Below the pieces are notes generated by a model. The model was not told where the DNA came from, did not search any database, and was given only the letters and a program-made list of their open reading frames with translations. From contig OY730476.1 in the NCBI GenBank assembly GCA_963422735.1, positions 384,001 through 448,000 of the forward strand: a DNA stretch of 64,000 bases, given 5' to 3'. This DNA comes from Candidatus Latescibacterota bacterium. GTDB taxonomy: Bacteria > Latescibacterota > UBA2968 > UBA8231. Below, one piece after another: positions 9,943 to 19,278 of the stretch; position 1 is the first letter of the stretch; every line of letters starts with the position of its first letter. The position numbers were made by a program, and so were the translations under genes.

Positions 9943-10078
9943 TTAGTGGTTAGTGGTTAGTGGCCGGTGGTCAGGGGTCAGGGGTTAGTCCCCCGCAACC
10001 CCACCTGGAGTGTGGGGTCTGATCACCGGCCACTGATCACCGGCCACTGATCACCGGCCACTGATCACCGGCCACTGC
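9943..10078. repeat. Heptamer-based tandem repeats in inverted arrangement
   Basis: (TTAGTGG)3 CCGGTGG (TCAGGGG)2 on the left, (CTGATCACCGGCCA)4 on the right. Confidence 0.85.
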
Positions 10079-10079
10079 C

Positions 10080-12590
10080 TCACTGGCATTCAAGGGTCAA
10101 ATGGCATTCGTAGTGCAATCCTTCGGGTATGGTTAGCTGCCGGTTGGGTTCGGTCGCGGCGTTGGGGTTGGGCACCATGAGCTGGGGAATGTCCACGACT
10201 GACTTGGAGCACATTACCCGGTGGCAGTCTATGTGGCCAAAGTAGTAATCGATAAACGCCTCGCTGTGTCTCTCAATGCGCTGGCGCAGCAGGGGGTCGG
10301 TGACGTTGTCCGCGGTCATGGCCTGACGGCTCAGGGCGATGCCGTGAAATTCCACTGGAAACCAACCGGTCGCGCTCGTATATAGCTCCACCCAAGTGTG
10401 GCCGAAGATAGGGGTGTCATACGTGCTAATGCCATAGCGATCCGGTCCTTGCGGTGCTACGACCAAGCCGCCGTTCACCTCGCGGGCGGGAATGTCCAGC
10501 AGGCGGCACAGTGCCATATAGGTGCGGCTCAAGGTAATGCAGTGGCCGCTGTCTTCGCGGAGCGTCATGGACGTACTACAGGCTAGGCACTGGCACTTTT
10601 CGTTGGTTTTCTGGAAACGCTTGCTGCGCGAAAGGCCCTCGTACAGGCGGCGGGCCTTATCGACCTCGCTTAGGCCCGGTTCGTCGAGCTGCAAATCGGC
10701 GAGGAAGTCGCGCACCAGACGCGACCGGCTCAGGGAGTCTTCTATTTGGGTGTAGTGGCGGTGTTCGCTAGGCGTCAGCGGCGCAGGAACGCGCCCGGCC
10801 ATGGGTAGGTTATGCACCTCGACTTCGCAGGAATACGAGAATTCTAGCGTCCTATCGGCTGGCTCAATAGAGCAGGGATAGGCGTAGAAAAAGCCGGCGT
10901 GGGGTGCCAGATAGGGACGCAATTGGCTCGGATTGCAGGCGATCAGCTCGACGACTGGCTGCTGGGAAAGGTGCAGTGGATAGGGCAAAAATAGCCGCGC
11001 CGACCCGCTGCTCGCGCAAGAGGTTACATGCGCCTTGTAGGTATAGGTCACTCGGTAGCGCTGGCTAGATTGGCGCACCTTTAGCCTGCCGTTGCAAAGC
11101 GCGAGAAAAGGCGCTCGCATCTGTTCCCGCATTTGGTAATCCAGCTCGAAGAAGCGCGGCTCGTGATCGTAGAGCCAGTTCCACGAACTCCGCTTGTTGT
11201 ACCACACCAACCGCCCCTGACGCACGTGAGGTATGCCCCGCTGGCGCGCCTCGGCGAGCAGGGCGCGGAGGGTCGGCAGGGGAGCGGGGCCGGTCAGGGG
11301 GTAGAGATGGCGGATAAATTCGTCCTCTAACACCATGTTGTCTTGCTCAATCGGGTCGTTGTGATAGAGCATCTTATCGATTACATCCGCGGCGATGTCC
11401 CCGCCTTTATAGGCGGATAGGTGCTTGACAAAGGCGGCACAGCGGGTGCTGAATTCTTCGTAGTGGTCGAACAGGTAGCGCACTTGCTCGGCTAGGTCTT
11501 CGGCTTGGGCCAGGCACTGGCGCGGCAGTTTCAGGCCCAGCCCCAAGTCGCGCACTCGGTTGAGGTGGTACTCTTGATCGAGATGTTCGGGTGCCCCTAG
11601 GATCGGTACTCCCTCGGCTAGCGCGTGGTAGATAGAGCCAATGCCGCCAACGCCGATAAAGAGCGCAGCGTGGCGCATGGCCAAGCGGGCAGGCAGATAT
11701 TCGACGATCCGCACGTTGGCCGACGGGGCTTCCGCTGCATAACGGCCGGCCGTGGTTACTAGCAAGCGAAAAGGCAAATGGGCAAATGTTTGGAGGATGG
11801 CTGGCAAAAAGTGGTCGTCAACGCCGGTGCTGCCGCAGTTGAAGTACACTAAGGGCAGCGAGGTATCCCAGCCCTCGTCGGCCAGTGCCGTAGGTGGTTC
11901 GTCGGCTGTTGGCTCGTCTTCGATGAGCGGGCCGATGTAGTAATAGGAAGGAGGCACTGGCCCGGCGGACGGATGGAATTGGGGTACATCGGCCAGCAGG
12001 AATGCGCTGCGGTGAGGCCGCTGCTGGGCGAAGTGTTCGGCTAGGTATTCGTCCAAGCAGCCGGCTTGCATCGGGAAGTAATCGGGCAGGCGAATGGGGC
12101 TGGAATAGGCGGGCAGGTTGTACGCCGCGTCTATAAAGGCAATGTCGATGCCTTCCAAAGCGGCTGTTAGCCGCAACGTGGGGCGCAAATCGGCGATGAG
12201 CAAGGAGGGCTGCACTTGGCGCACGAGTGCTTGCTCCGCCTCGATGCAGCGCCGGATCCATTCGTCGTTGTAATATTCGTACTCGCCCCGCGCTAGGTGC
12301 TCGTCCATGCGCTGTTGCGGCATAGTTTCGACGTCGTAGAGCGGGAAGCCTTCGGCTGCAATGCGCTGGGCGTGCGGCCCTCGTCCGGCGAAGAGGACCT
12401 CGTATCCGCGCTGGCGCAGCGCACGCGCCACTACGAGCGGGCGGATGGTGTGGGCCAAGCTATAGCCGTGAAAGAAGACGAGGAGGCGATGCTGGTCGCG
12501 CTGGAGGGTGGCCTCTTGCTCCATTTTGGCCAGAAAGGCGTTCCAAACGGTGAACCAAGCCCCAAACTTTTTGTTGAGTTGTGCTAACAT
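10080..12590 (-). CDS. GT-B (GT1/MGT-like) glycosyltransferase fused to transglutaminase-like domain (copy 1)
   Basis: N-half GYSLAHTIRPLVVARAL..RGYEV, GGIGSIYHAL..GVP....PEHLDQ; C-half GHCITLSRTYMALCRLLDIPAREVNG, HTWVELY, GWFPVE. Confidence 0.82.
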   Translation of the reverse strand: MLAQLNKKFGAWFTVWNAFLAKMEQEATLQRDQHRLLVFFHGYSLAHTIRPLVVARALRQRGYEVLFAGRGPHAQRIAAEGFPLYDVETMPQQRMDEHLARGEYEYYNDEWIRRCIEAEQALVRQVQPSLLIADLRPTLRLTAALEGIDIAFIDAAYNLPAYSSPIRLPDYFPMQAGCLDEYLAEHFAQQRPHRSAFLLADVPQFHPSAGPVPPSYYYIGPLIEDEPTADEPPTALADEGWDTSLPLVYFNCGSTGVDDHFLPAILQTFAHLPFRLLVTTAGRYAAEAPSANVRIVEYLPARLAMRHAALFIGVGGIGSIYHALAEGVPILGAPEHLDQEYHLNRVRDLGLGLKLPRQCLAQAEDLAEQVRYLFDHYEEFSTRCAAFVKHLSAYKGGDIAADVIDKMLYHNDPIEQDNMVLEDEFIRHLYPLTGPAPLPTLRALLAEARQRGIPHVRQGRLVWYNKRSSWNWLYDHEPRFFELDYQMREQMRAPFLALCNGRLKVRQSSQRYRVTYTYKAHVTSCASSGSARLFLPYPLHLSQQPVVELIACNPSQLRPYLAPHAGFFYAYPCSIEPADRTLEFSYSCEVEVHNLPMAGRVPAPLTPSEHRHYTQIEDSLSRSRLVRDFLADLQLDEPGLSEVDKARRLYEGLSRSKRFQKTNEKCQCLACSTSMTLREDSGHCITLSRTYMALCRLLDIPAREVNGGLVVAPQGPDRYGISTYDTPIFGHTWVELYTSATGWFPVEFHGIALSRQAMTADNVTDPLLRQRIERHSEAFIDYYFGHIDCHRVMCSKSVVDIPQLMVPNPNAATEPNRQLTIPEGLHYECHLTLECQ

Positions 12591-12659
12591 GGCTCTCTAC
12601 TTTCGCAAAGTTTTGAACACAGCGGCGATCATGACGGACTCTTGGGGCATAAAGGCTTC

Positions 12660-13457
12660 TTACATGCCCAACAGAAACATGTGTGTTTGCGGTACGCCAG
12701 TACTGAAAAAGGCTTCTACGTGTCGCCACACGGCCCGCTCTTTGTCCCACACGAGCCGAAAGAAGGACGGAGTTCGTCCTGGCGTCTCAAATGTGGCGAA
12801 CTCCTCTGGCTCTTCGACGATGAACATGATGTCGGCGAAGACCATCTGCTCGCCTCCCGCTAGGCGCGTTTCAATTTCTTCGCGCAATGGGGGCGTTATA
12901 GTGGTGCAGCCCTTGGGAAGCATACCGTGGGTTTGGGCGTAGGACTGATAGCTATCGTACTGTTTCTGCATGTAGAATACCCTGAACTCGCTATCGAAAA
13001 AAAATGCGTTTGCAAAAAAGTAGTCGCAGTCTAGATCCGCGAGTGTTTTTTGATATTCGGCTTTGACCTTTTCAAATAATTCTGGAATGCCACGCTTTAT
13101 CTTTAAGTCCGGGTTTTTAATCCTTTCACGTAGATAGAAGGTGGCAGCTAGACTATCGTTGCCCGAAGCTGAAAAGGCGACCAGCAAGTCGTAGAGCCAG
13201 TCGCGTAGCCCCGCTTCTTGTTCGAGATCAATAGCCGTCCCCAGATCAATGGGCACGGCTTCTACGGCTTGCCGCAATTGGGGGCCATCTTCAACCGTCA
13301 TCATCTCTTGGCCGTGAATGTAGTCGTAGAAGACTTGAATACTGTCGGGGGAAAAGCCGCCGTATTGGCTTTTCGTCTCGGCGGCGACCCTGCCGGGGCA
13401 GTACAGCCAAGCTGCGGCAAAGGCCAAGCACAGGGTGCGAACTGCGAGCGTTTTCAT
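12660..13457 (-). CDS. Secreted protein family X paralogue
   Basis: Start MKTLAVRTLC after AAGGAG; signal peptide; shared family motifs. Confidence 0.82.
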   Translation of the reverse strand: MKTLAVRTLCLAFAAAWLYCPGRVAAETKSQYGGFSPDSIQVFYDYIHGQEMMTVEDGPQLRQAVEAVPIDLGTAIDLEQEAGLRDWLYDLLVAFSASGNDSLAATFYLRERIKNPDLKIKRGIPELFEKVKAEYQKTLADLDCDYFFANAFFFDSEFRVFYMQKQYDSYQSYAQTHGMLPKGCTTITPPLREEIETRLAGGEQMVFADIMFIVEEPEEFATFETPGRTPSFFRLVWDKERAVWRHVEAFFSTGVPQTHMFLLGM

Positions 13458-13537
13458 CTGCATTCTCCTTGTGATAGACGGCAGGGGCCGTCGGGTGTCT
13501 GCTTCGTTTGCAGCGGGTTGTCTTTGGAGATAGATAT

Positions 13538-13552
13538 GCAATAAGCGTACCA
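13538..13552 (-). promoter_or_regulatory. Sigma-54 -24/-12 promoter
   Basis: TGGTAC-GCTTA-TTGC(A). Confidence 0.8.
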
Positions 13553-13664
13553 ACAGGATGCTAATTGCTCGTTGATATTGTTTAAGTATTTATTAAACAA
13601 TATCTTAGGGGAAAAAACAGCAGGTGCTCGGCTGCGTAGTAGATGCGGTTTTGCAACCTATCGG

Positions 13665-13702
13665 TGCGCTAAGATATCGCAGTCCTGCGATATCTTAGCG
13701 CA
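13665..13702. promoter_or_regulatory. Tandem UAS boxes forming a perfect inverted repeat
   Basis: TGCGCTAAGATATCGCA-gtcc-TGCGATATCTTAGCGCA. Confidence 0.8.
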
Positions 13703-13817
13703 CTTGGGGCTATACGGATCGGCTGGGATGTGAGCGGTTCGTAAAAAGGAGAAGATGACGGAGGCGATGACAGTAAGGCGACCGGCTGATCGCCTCTGCG
13801 ATAGATTTGGTTGCCTC

Positions 13818-15278
13818 TTAGATCACGCTGCTGCGCAGCCACGCCCTATAGGCGATCATGTACGTGACGACGGCAAAAAAATACAGGCCGATGACATCGA
13901 CGCGGGCTTGGCCGATAAGGGTGGCCATCGACAGGTCTTCGCGGAAGACGGGGAGGCTCTCGACAGAGACTTTGCGCTTGGACATGGCTTGAGGGACCGG
14001 AAACAAGTGCATGCTTTTGGGGTCTTCGCGGTCGAGGGTGATGATGGTTTGTTCGTAGAGCTGGGCGTAGGTGCGTACCTGTTCGATAAAACTCTTGTGG
14101 CGCGCTAGTCCAGTGCCGGCGAGGGCTTCGATGCTGTGCTGGAAGCAGCCCATTGGCGACAAGCGCACGAGGTTGCGGGCGAATTCAGCTTGGTTGAGTT
14201 GATCGGCCAGTATGCCGTCCTCAGCTTGCTGTACAGCGCGGCGGTCGGCGCGGATGGCCTCGGCAAGTGGCTGCACCTTTTCGGGATTTTTCAGATTGCG
14301 TCTGTTCAACTCGGCCGCGAGATGGTGCATTTTAATCGAGGTCGGCGATTCCATCACTATATTGTCCTTTTTATAAATCACTGGCGTCGCACTCTGACTT
14401 TTGTTTTGCAACAGACGGGCTGCCAAAGTGCCGCCGGTTTGCGGCCAGATTAGGGTAGTGCAAGTCCACAGCAAGAGGACGCTCACCAAACTGGCGCGGG
14501 CACTGCTGCTGCGGGCGGATATCCACAGCCCCAGCGACACAAAGATGCTCAAATAGAGCAGGGCTAGTCCCACCATTCCGATCAACTTCACGGTCTCGCC
14601 TGCGCCCAAATTTGCCTCGGAAAGCGATAGTACGATCAGCAAGTTGACGACCACGCCGAGGACCATCACCAAGGTCAGAACGAGCATGGCCCCCAAGAAC
14701 TTGCCCAGCAGCAAGGTGTGGCGCGGCAGGCTTTGGGCCATGACCAGTTTGAGGGTGCCGCGCTCTTTTTCGCCGACGATGGCTTCAAAGGTAAATAACA
14801 GGGCCACCCAGCTGAGGACGACGCCGATTATGAAAACCCAGTCAATGGCTTGGACCGACAAGAGCTGCTGAGCGGTGCGCCTCAGCGAATCTTGGAAGGA
14901 GTGAGAAACCAAGAAGGAGAGAACCCACATACCATAGATCTCAATTTTGTATGTGGCCTTTACCGGGTTGTACGCCCCGACGCGGTTGGGCAAGGCGTGG
15001 TCGGCCTCGGCCGCGCAAAACATCAGTTGGCTAGGCTTTTTGTGCAGATCGCCCGGCCCCCTGACAGCGAGTTGCCACAGCCTATCGGCGTCGGCGCGTA
15101 GGGTCTCTTGTCTCGCTTGCACCCTTTCGAGGTAGCGGTCGCGCTTGTACGGATAAGTGCCACCAGCAAAGCCGAGGGCGTTGAGCACCATCAGTATCAC
15201 CACCAGCACTAAGGCGAAGCCGAAGCGCAAGCTAAAGAGATGATCGAGGCACTCCCGTTTTACAATGGCGGTCAACAC
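13818..15278 (-). CDS. ABC-2 family permease type B (copy 2)
   Basis: Paralogue of 3239-4678; GEKERGTLKL motif. Confidence 0.88.
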   Translation of the reverse strand: MLTAIVKRECLDHLFSLRFGFALVLVVILMVLNALGFAGGTYPYKRDRYLERVQARQETLRADADRLWQLAVRGPGDLHKKPSQLMFCAAEADHALPNRVGAYNPVKATYKIEIYGMWVLSFLVSHSFQDSLRRTAQQLLSVQAIDWVFIIGVVLSWVALLFTFEAIVGEKERGTLKLVMAQSLPRHTLLLGKFLGAMLVLTLVMVLGVVVNLLIVLSLSEANLGAGETVKLIGMVGLALLYLSIFVSLGLWISARSSSARASLVSVLLLWTCTTLIWPQTGGTLAARLLQNKSQSATPVIYKKDNIVMESPTSIKMHHLAAELNRRNLKNPEKVQPLAEAIRADRRAVQQAEDGILADQLNQAEFARNLVRLSPMGCFQHSIEALAGTGLARHKSFIEQVRTYAQLYEQTIITLDREDPKSMHLFPVPQAMSKRKVSVESLPVFREDLSMATLIGQARVDVIGLYFFAVVTYMIAYRAWLRSSVI

Positions 15279-15290
15279 GGCGTTTTCTCC

Positions 15291-16853
15291 TTATGCGACG
15301 TTGTAACGGGCAAACAGGCGATTGGCAAGGACAAACAGACCGGCGGCATACAACAGTAGGGCGACGAGGGCTGGCAAGCTCTGGTGCAAACGCTGGTAGG
15401 AGGTGGCCTGTCGCTCTTGGAAGAGGGGCATGTCGCTGAGGTCGGCTTCCCATCCCAAGTCGTCGTTGAAGTACGTGCGGCTGCCAAAGGCGTCAAGGTC
15501 TTGGAGATATTCGAGGATCTGGCGGCGATAGTCGCGCACCTGCTCGATGAAGCCGTAGAATTCCTCTTGGCTGGTGCCGGCGATGGCACTGGCGGCTTGG
15601 GCGTAGGCCCCGGCAGGGAAGAGGCGTTGGAGTTGGGTGTTTTGGCGTTCTAAGCGTTGCGGGAAGGTTTCGACAAGGGAGACTTGGGCGTTCCACGCAC
15701 GTTGAGCGTATTGCAGGCGCAGTTGCTCGCCGGTGCGGAAGATGTCTTGGAAAATAGCTAATCCGGGCGTGTCGGCGATGCTGTTTATATATAATTCGGG
15801 CTTTGATCCTCTATCTAAGAACATGACCAGTCCAGAATTGGGATCGTCCGGCCGGACTCGCTCGATCAGGTCGAAGGGTGGGTATCTCCGCTGGCCGTGG
15901 GCGCGCACCAGATCTCGCAGGACTTGGTCTAACTCGTCCCACACTTGGGCCGCTCGAGCGTCGGCTTGGTCGTTTTTCTCGTTCATGTTGGCTCGCTCGT
16001 TGAGCAGAGCGGCGATAGTGTTGGGCAGCACGATGACCAGCAAGGCCCACAAAAAGAGCGCGCACACCAAACTGGTCGCCGAGCGGTCAGTGGCACACGA
16101 GACGACCAGCCCGATCAGATAGAGCACCGTCAGATACAAAAGCGAGAGCAGGAACAGGACGCCCATGCCCCACCATTCGGCGATGTCTACGTCTGCACCG
16201 TCCGTGCCCAAGAGGATGATCATGAGGATGATAAAGCCCAAGGCCGTGGAAATGGCCAGCATCGTCATTCCACCCAAGAGCTTGCCGGCGAGGAGTTGGG
16301 CGCGGCTGATATGAGTCGTCAGGGTCAGCCGTAGGGTGCCGTCTTCCTTTTCTCGGGAGATGGTCTCGCTGGCCATGAGGATGGCCAACAGCCCTAACAC
16401 GAGCTGAAAGACATAGACCATGTCGTAGGTACTAAAGAGTGATAGAAAGCGGTTGTCCGAGTTGAAGGGATCGACTTGCTCGACGATGTGGGGCACTTCA
16501 AAGAGCAACACCGGCACGGCTTGCCCTAGGCGGGCTTCGTCGCCCTGGGCAAACAGCTCTAAGGGGCGGGGTGCCCGCAAGGCGCGGGGAGCGACTAGCT
16601 TCTTGTATCTTAGCTGATTGTCCCGACCCGACCGGTCTGTGTCGGCGGCCAACGCACCATAATAAGTGATGTCGCGTGGCTTTTGGGCTTCGATGGCCTT
16701 TTTGGTTTGGTAACTGGCCTCCTTTAAAGACCAGCTTTGGCTAGTGACCAAGCCGTTGGTGCTCATCAGCAGCACGGCCAAGGTGGTGCAGATGGCAAAT
16801 TGCCGACTGAGCAGGTGCGAGAGCAGTTCTTTCTTGAACACGACGGCGATCAC
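15291..16853 (-). CDS. ABC-2 family permease type A (copy 2)
   Basis: GTG start (MIAVVFKKEL) after AAAGGAG; EKEDGTLRL motif. Confidence 0.88.
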   Translation of the reverse strand: MIAVVFKKELLSHLLSRQFAICTTLAVLLMSTNGLVTSQSWSLKEASYQTKKAIEAQKPRDITYYGALAADTDRSGRDNQLRYKKLVAPRALRAPRPLELFAQGDEARLGQAVPVLLFEVPHIVEQVDPFNSDNRFLSLFSTYDMVYVFQLVLGLLAILMASETISREKEDGTLRLTLTTHISRAQLLAGKLLGGMTMLAISTALGFIILMIILLGTDGADVDIAEWWGMGVLFLLSLLYLTVLYLIGLVVSCATDRSATSLVCALFLWALLVIVLPNTIAALLNERANMNEKNDQADARAAQVWDELDQVLRDLVRAHGQRRYPPFDLIERVRPDDPNSGLVMFLDRGSKPELYINSIADTPGLAIFQDIFRTGEQLRLQYAQRAWNAQVSLVETFPQRLERQNTQLQRLFPAGAYAQAASAIAGTSQEEFYGFIEQVRDYRRQILEYLQDLDAFGSRTYFNDDLGWEADLSDMPLFQERQATSYQRLHQSLPALVALLLYAAGLFVLANRLFARYNVA

Positions 16854-16925
16854 GACGGACTCCTTTGGGATTTGTAGCGCGTTGCCTTTAGTGTGCCTGT
16901 TGCTGGGCAATAGGGCGAATGGGCT

Positions 16926-16967
16926 TTGAGAGGGGCGAGCGTCGGCTATACCACCCGCCCCTCTCAA
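16926..16967 (-). terminator. Hairpin downstream of precursor 2
   Basis: TTGAGAGGGGCG...CGCCCCTCTCAA, 12-bp stem. Confidence 0.6.
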
Positions 16968-17006
16968 CCGGCAGATTAACCACCGTTAAAACGCACCAAC
17001 TCGACT

Positions 17007-17225
17007 CTATGCCGTGCAGGTAGCGACCCCATCAACGCACCCAGCACGGCACACGGGAGCCTCTATCTCGCAAGAGGTGACGACAGTTATCTGACTTCCG
17101 TCCGGCCGAGTAATTATCTTTGTGCACGTTCCAGAGGTGCAGATTGCCGCTTGCGCCTTCTGCGGCAGGAAACTGGCGACCAAGGCGGTGAGGCCAATGG
17201 CCATTCGGATGATGCGCGTCTTCAC
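17007..17225 (-). CDS. Cys-rich secreted precursor peptide 2 (72 aa)
   Basis: MKTRIIRMAIGLTALVASFLPQKAQA-AICTSGTCTKIITRPDGSQITVVTSCEIEAPVCRAGCVDGVATCTA; SD AAAGGAG; 6 Cys. Confidence 0.9.
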   Translation of the reverse strand: MKTRIIRMAIGLTALVASFLPQKAQAAICTSGTCTKIITRPDGSQITVVTSCEIEAPVCRAGCVDGVATCTA

Positions 17226-17335
17226 GACGAGCTCCTTTTGTAAGATTGGCTGCGTGTTCTAGGAGGCGATCTCCGAGGTGGAGCACTGGCCGCTAGGCTG
17301 TTAAGGCCCAAGCCAGTTGAGACGATGTGCTTCAT
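17222..17335 (-). CDS. Possible 37-aa upstream ORF coupled to precursor 2
   Basis: SD AAAGGAGGT then ATG; MKHIVSTGLGLNSLAASAPPRRSPPRTRSQSYKRSSS*; stop overlaps the precursor start (GTGA). Confidence 0.45.
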   Translation of the reverse strand: MKHIVSTGLGLNSLAASAPPRRSPPRTRSQSYKRSSS

Positions 17336-17398
17336 AAGCGTTACCTCCTTTCTGTTGCTGTGGATGAGTACAGGTTGTTGCTTCGGTAAGCATTAATA

Positions 17399-17413
17399 GC
17401 AATTACCGTGCCA
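17399..17413 (-). promoter_or_regulatory. Sigma-54 -24/-12 promoter
   Basis: TGGCAC-GGTAA-TTGC(T). Confidence 0.88.
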
Positions 17414-17557
17414 AGGCGTAGCCAGCGGGCGATAATCGCGCCTATTTCTTTGATATATTGTTTATAAACATCTGTTATAAAACAATTTATAAAAAGTAAG
17501 CTGATTTTCTTGTCCGTCTCTCAGACTCTTTGCAAGACGCTCGCGATGCGCTAAAAA

Positions 17558-17595
17558 TGCGCTAATACATCGCACCCGTGAGTCGAATTATCGCA
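17558..17595. promoter_or_regulatory. Tandem UAS boxes
   Basis: TGCGCTAATACATCGCA and TGAGTCGAATTATCGCA, 21-bp period. Confidence 0.75.
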
Positions 17596-17679
17596 CGTGG
17601 TTGAGGCGGAACGGACGGAATCGCAGCAGAGAATGTCTGCGCCGTGTTTTGGATGCGATTCAGCAGCGCCGCGGCGTTT

Positions 17680-17791
17680 TGTGAGCCTCTTCGATGTCGA
17701 GCCGGATGCGCTGCTGTTCTTTAGTCAGAGTTTCGGCCGAGGCCGCGAAAGCCCACAGCAGCAGGCCTAAACCATAGAAGATGGAGCACAT
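17680..17791 (-). pseudogene. 5' stub of the NEW3-like adaptor gene
   Basis: MCSIFYGLGLLLWAFAASAETLTKEQQRIRLDIEEAH matches the N-terminus of 1714-3225, then similarity ends. Confidence 0.85.
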
Positions 17792-17804
17792 GACGAACTC
17801 CTTT

Positions 17805-19256
17805 CTATACGATACTGGCACGCAGCCACGCCCGGTAGGCCAGCATATAGGTGAGCATAGGAAAGAACAGTAGGCCGATTACATCGATGGCTGCGTGTTG
17901 CAGCAAGGTTGTCGCCGACAGGTCTTCGGTGAAAACCGGCAGGGTATCGGGGTCAATCTTCTGCCGCGACAGCCCTTGGGCGACGAGGTGGATGTGCATG
18001 CTTTTCGGATCGTCTCGGTCTCGGTTGAGCAGGGTCTGCTCAAACTGCTGGACAAAGGTGCGCGCCTGCTCGACAAAGCTTTTGTGGCGCGCCAGCCCGG
18101 TGCCGGCGAGCGCCTCCATGCCATACTGAAAGCAGCCCATGGGCGACAGGCGCACGATGTGGCGGGCGTTTTCGATCTCGCCGAGGCTGTGGGCCAAAAA
18201 GCGGTCTTCGCGGTCTTGGTGAAATTGGCGCACAGCGCGCTGGGCATCGGCCAACTGGCGCACTTTCTCGGGTTTTCGCAGATCGCGGTTCTGTAAACTA
18301 CCCCTGAGGCCGGCAAGTTTTCGTTGGATCGGCATGTCGTTGCTTGTAAACCCCATCCCCAGCACCAACTCCTCCTCGAATTCGCTGACCAACACGCGGG
18401 CGGCCAGGGCGCCGCCGGTGGCTGGCCAGAGCAGCACCCCACCGGTCCACATCAACAGAACGCCTACTAAACTTGAGCGCGTCGTGCTGCTCCATATCGA
18501 CAGCCATAGCCCCAACGCGACAAAGCAGGCCAGATACAAAAGCGATAGGACGACCATGCCGACCAACCCCCCGGCCTCGGCGAGACCCAAATGCACCTTT
18601 GACAGCGCGAGGACGATGAGCAAGTTGACGACTATGGCGAGGCTCAACACGATGGTGAGAGCCAGCATCGCGCCGAGGAACTTGCCCAACAGCAGGGTGT
18701 GGCGCGGCAGACTCTGCGCCATGACCAGCTTGAGGGTGCCGCGCTCTTTTTCGCCGATGAAGGCGTCAAAGGTAAATAATAAGGCCATGAGGCTGAGCAG
18801 GCCGCCGATGATAAAGACCCAGTCGATGGCTTGGGTCTTCAGCAGTTGGCTGGCTTTCGGTGCCCAGATGTCTATAATGTCCCAGTAGATGAGTACAAAA
18901 GGGCTGTAGAATTTGGTGCCATTATAGGTACTGTTCCCACCCTTTGTCATGAGGCGCTCGGGCAGGGCGTCGTTGGCATCCGTAGCGCAGAACATGAGAG
19001 GACTGGGTTTTTTATAGATATAGTCCTGCCCTCCATGGAGGATCAGCTTCCACATGCCTCGTTGGGCGTTGCCGTGCCTGATCTCTTGCTCGGCTTGGAC
19101 TTGCTTGAGATAGTGGTCGCGTCTGAACTCATAGGAGCCGCCGACAAAGCTGAGCGCGTTGAGCACCATCAGCCCTACCGTCAACACGAGGGCCAAGCCA
19201 AAGCGCAGGCTGAGGAGGTGGTCAATGAGTTCGCGTTTTACAATGGCTGCTAGCAT
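17805..19256 (-). CDS. ABC-2 family permease type B (copy 3)
   Basis: Paralogue of 3239-4678. Confidence 0.88.
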   Translation of the reverse strand: MLAAIVKRELIDHLLSLRFGLALVLTVGLMVLNALSFVGGSYEFRRDHYLKQVQAEQEIRHGNAQRGMWKLILHGGQDYIYKKPSPLMFCATDANDALPERLMTKGGNSTYNGTKFYSPFVLIYWDIIDIWAPKASQLLKTQAIDWVFIIGGLLSLMALLFTFDAFIGEKERGTLKLVMAQSLPRHTLLLGKFLGAMLALTIVLSLAIVVNLLIVLALSKVHLGLAEAGGLVGMVVLSLLYLACFVALGLWLSIWSSTTRSSLVGVLLMWTGGVLLWPATGGALAARVLVSEFEEELVLGMGFTSNDMPIQRKLAGLRGSLQNRDLRKPEKVRQLADAQRAVRQFHQDREDRFLAHSLGEIENARHIVRLSPMGCFQYGMEALAGTGLARHKSFVEQARTFVQQFEQTLLNRDRDDPKSMHIHLVAQGLSRQKIDPDTLPVFTEDLSATTLLQHAAIDVIGLLFFPMLTYMLAYRAWLRASIV

Positions 19257-19278
19257 GAGGAGGTCTCCTTACAGAAGC

